Source of the DNA: Patescibacteria group bacterium
GTDB taxonomy: Bacteria; Patescibacteriota; Patescibacteriia; Patescibacteriales; UBA12465
Direction: 5' to 3'
DNA length: 64,000 bases
Assembly: GCA_050943055.1 (NCBI GenBank)
Contig: JBMNOL010000004.1
Coordinates: 3,262 to 67,261, forward strand
The stretch's first letter is position 1, and every line of letters starts with the position of its first letter. The position numbers and the translations under genes are program-made. The notes beneath the pieces were generated by a model that saw nothing but the letters and a program-made list of their open reading frames with translations, was not told the origin of the DNA and made no database searches. Shown one piece after another: positions 63,969 through 64,000 of the stretch.

Positions 63969-64000
63969 TCTTGTAAAGAAGCCGGGATTCGAACAGGTTG

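Noticed and set aside
63965-64000. gaagccgggattcgaacaggttg resembles the reverse complement of a tRNA T-arm (GTTCGAATCCC) at the right edge.
   Set aside because: The flanking bases do not form a proper 5-bp T-stem (ccggg versus caggt), and the element is truncated by the window end. It cannot be supported as a tRNA.
1-64000. Search for CRISPR arrays, IS/transposase genes, rRNA genes, group I/II introns, inteins and long DNA-level direct repeats.
   Set aside because: By eye I saw no periodic short repeats, transposase-like ORFs or terminal inverted repeats, rRNA-like conserved blocks, or insertions in conserved proteins (rpoB, rpoC, polA, recG and radA have normal length and motif order). A computational repeat scan would be needed for certainty.

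Overview
All calls come from reading the sequence and the ORF track. No database or profile search was run, so domain names are motif-level recognitions. The window looks like a densely packed chromosomal segment of a moderately AT-rich, small-genome bacterium using the standard code (TGA is used as a stop). The gene content suggests a Candidate Phyla Radiation / Patescibacteria-type organism, but that is inference. About 45 CDS and 3 tRNAs can be supported. The housekeeping backbone is murD (partial), polA, tRNA-Ala, a LysM/M23 peptidase, gpmI, yebC, ruvC, ftsK, murE-like, rpoB, rpoC, murJ, lepA, recJ, rnhA, xth, leuS, rsmA, radA, recG, tRNA-Arg and tRNA-Ser. Two regions stand out. (1) At 38.6-57.2 kb, between rsmA and radA, lies a thrombospondin-type-3-repeat membrane protein and a 2569-aa secreted cysteine-rich giant protein. 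A separate tight operon follows, encoding a minimal Gram-positive-style type IV secretion-like core. It has a VirB6/TcpH-like polytopic protein, a PrgI/VirB3-like protein, a VirB4 split into two coupled ORFs, a possible VirB8-like protein and several unknowns. It has no relaxase, coupling protein, VirB11 or integrase. (2) At 28.5-34.3 kb a pyruvate:ferredoxin oxidoreductase operon (porG-porD-porA-porB) is headed by a DsbA-like oxidoreductase. It is interleaved, with overlapping start/stop codons, with two paralogous cysteine-rich proteins built around a VirB2/TrbC-type pilin hairpin; one of them is fused to an M15 (VanY-like) peptidase domain. Together these suggest a dispersed, poorly characterised envelope-spanning apparatus, possibly for interaction with a host cell. 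Other observations include near-absence of Shine-Dalgarno motifs, consensus sigma70-type promoters, a terminator-like hairpin in the rpoB leader, a tRNA-Arg with a GCG anticodon, and unannotated micro-ORFs. No CRISPR array, IS element, integrase or rRNA gene was seen.
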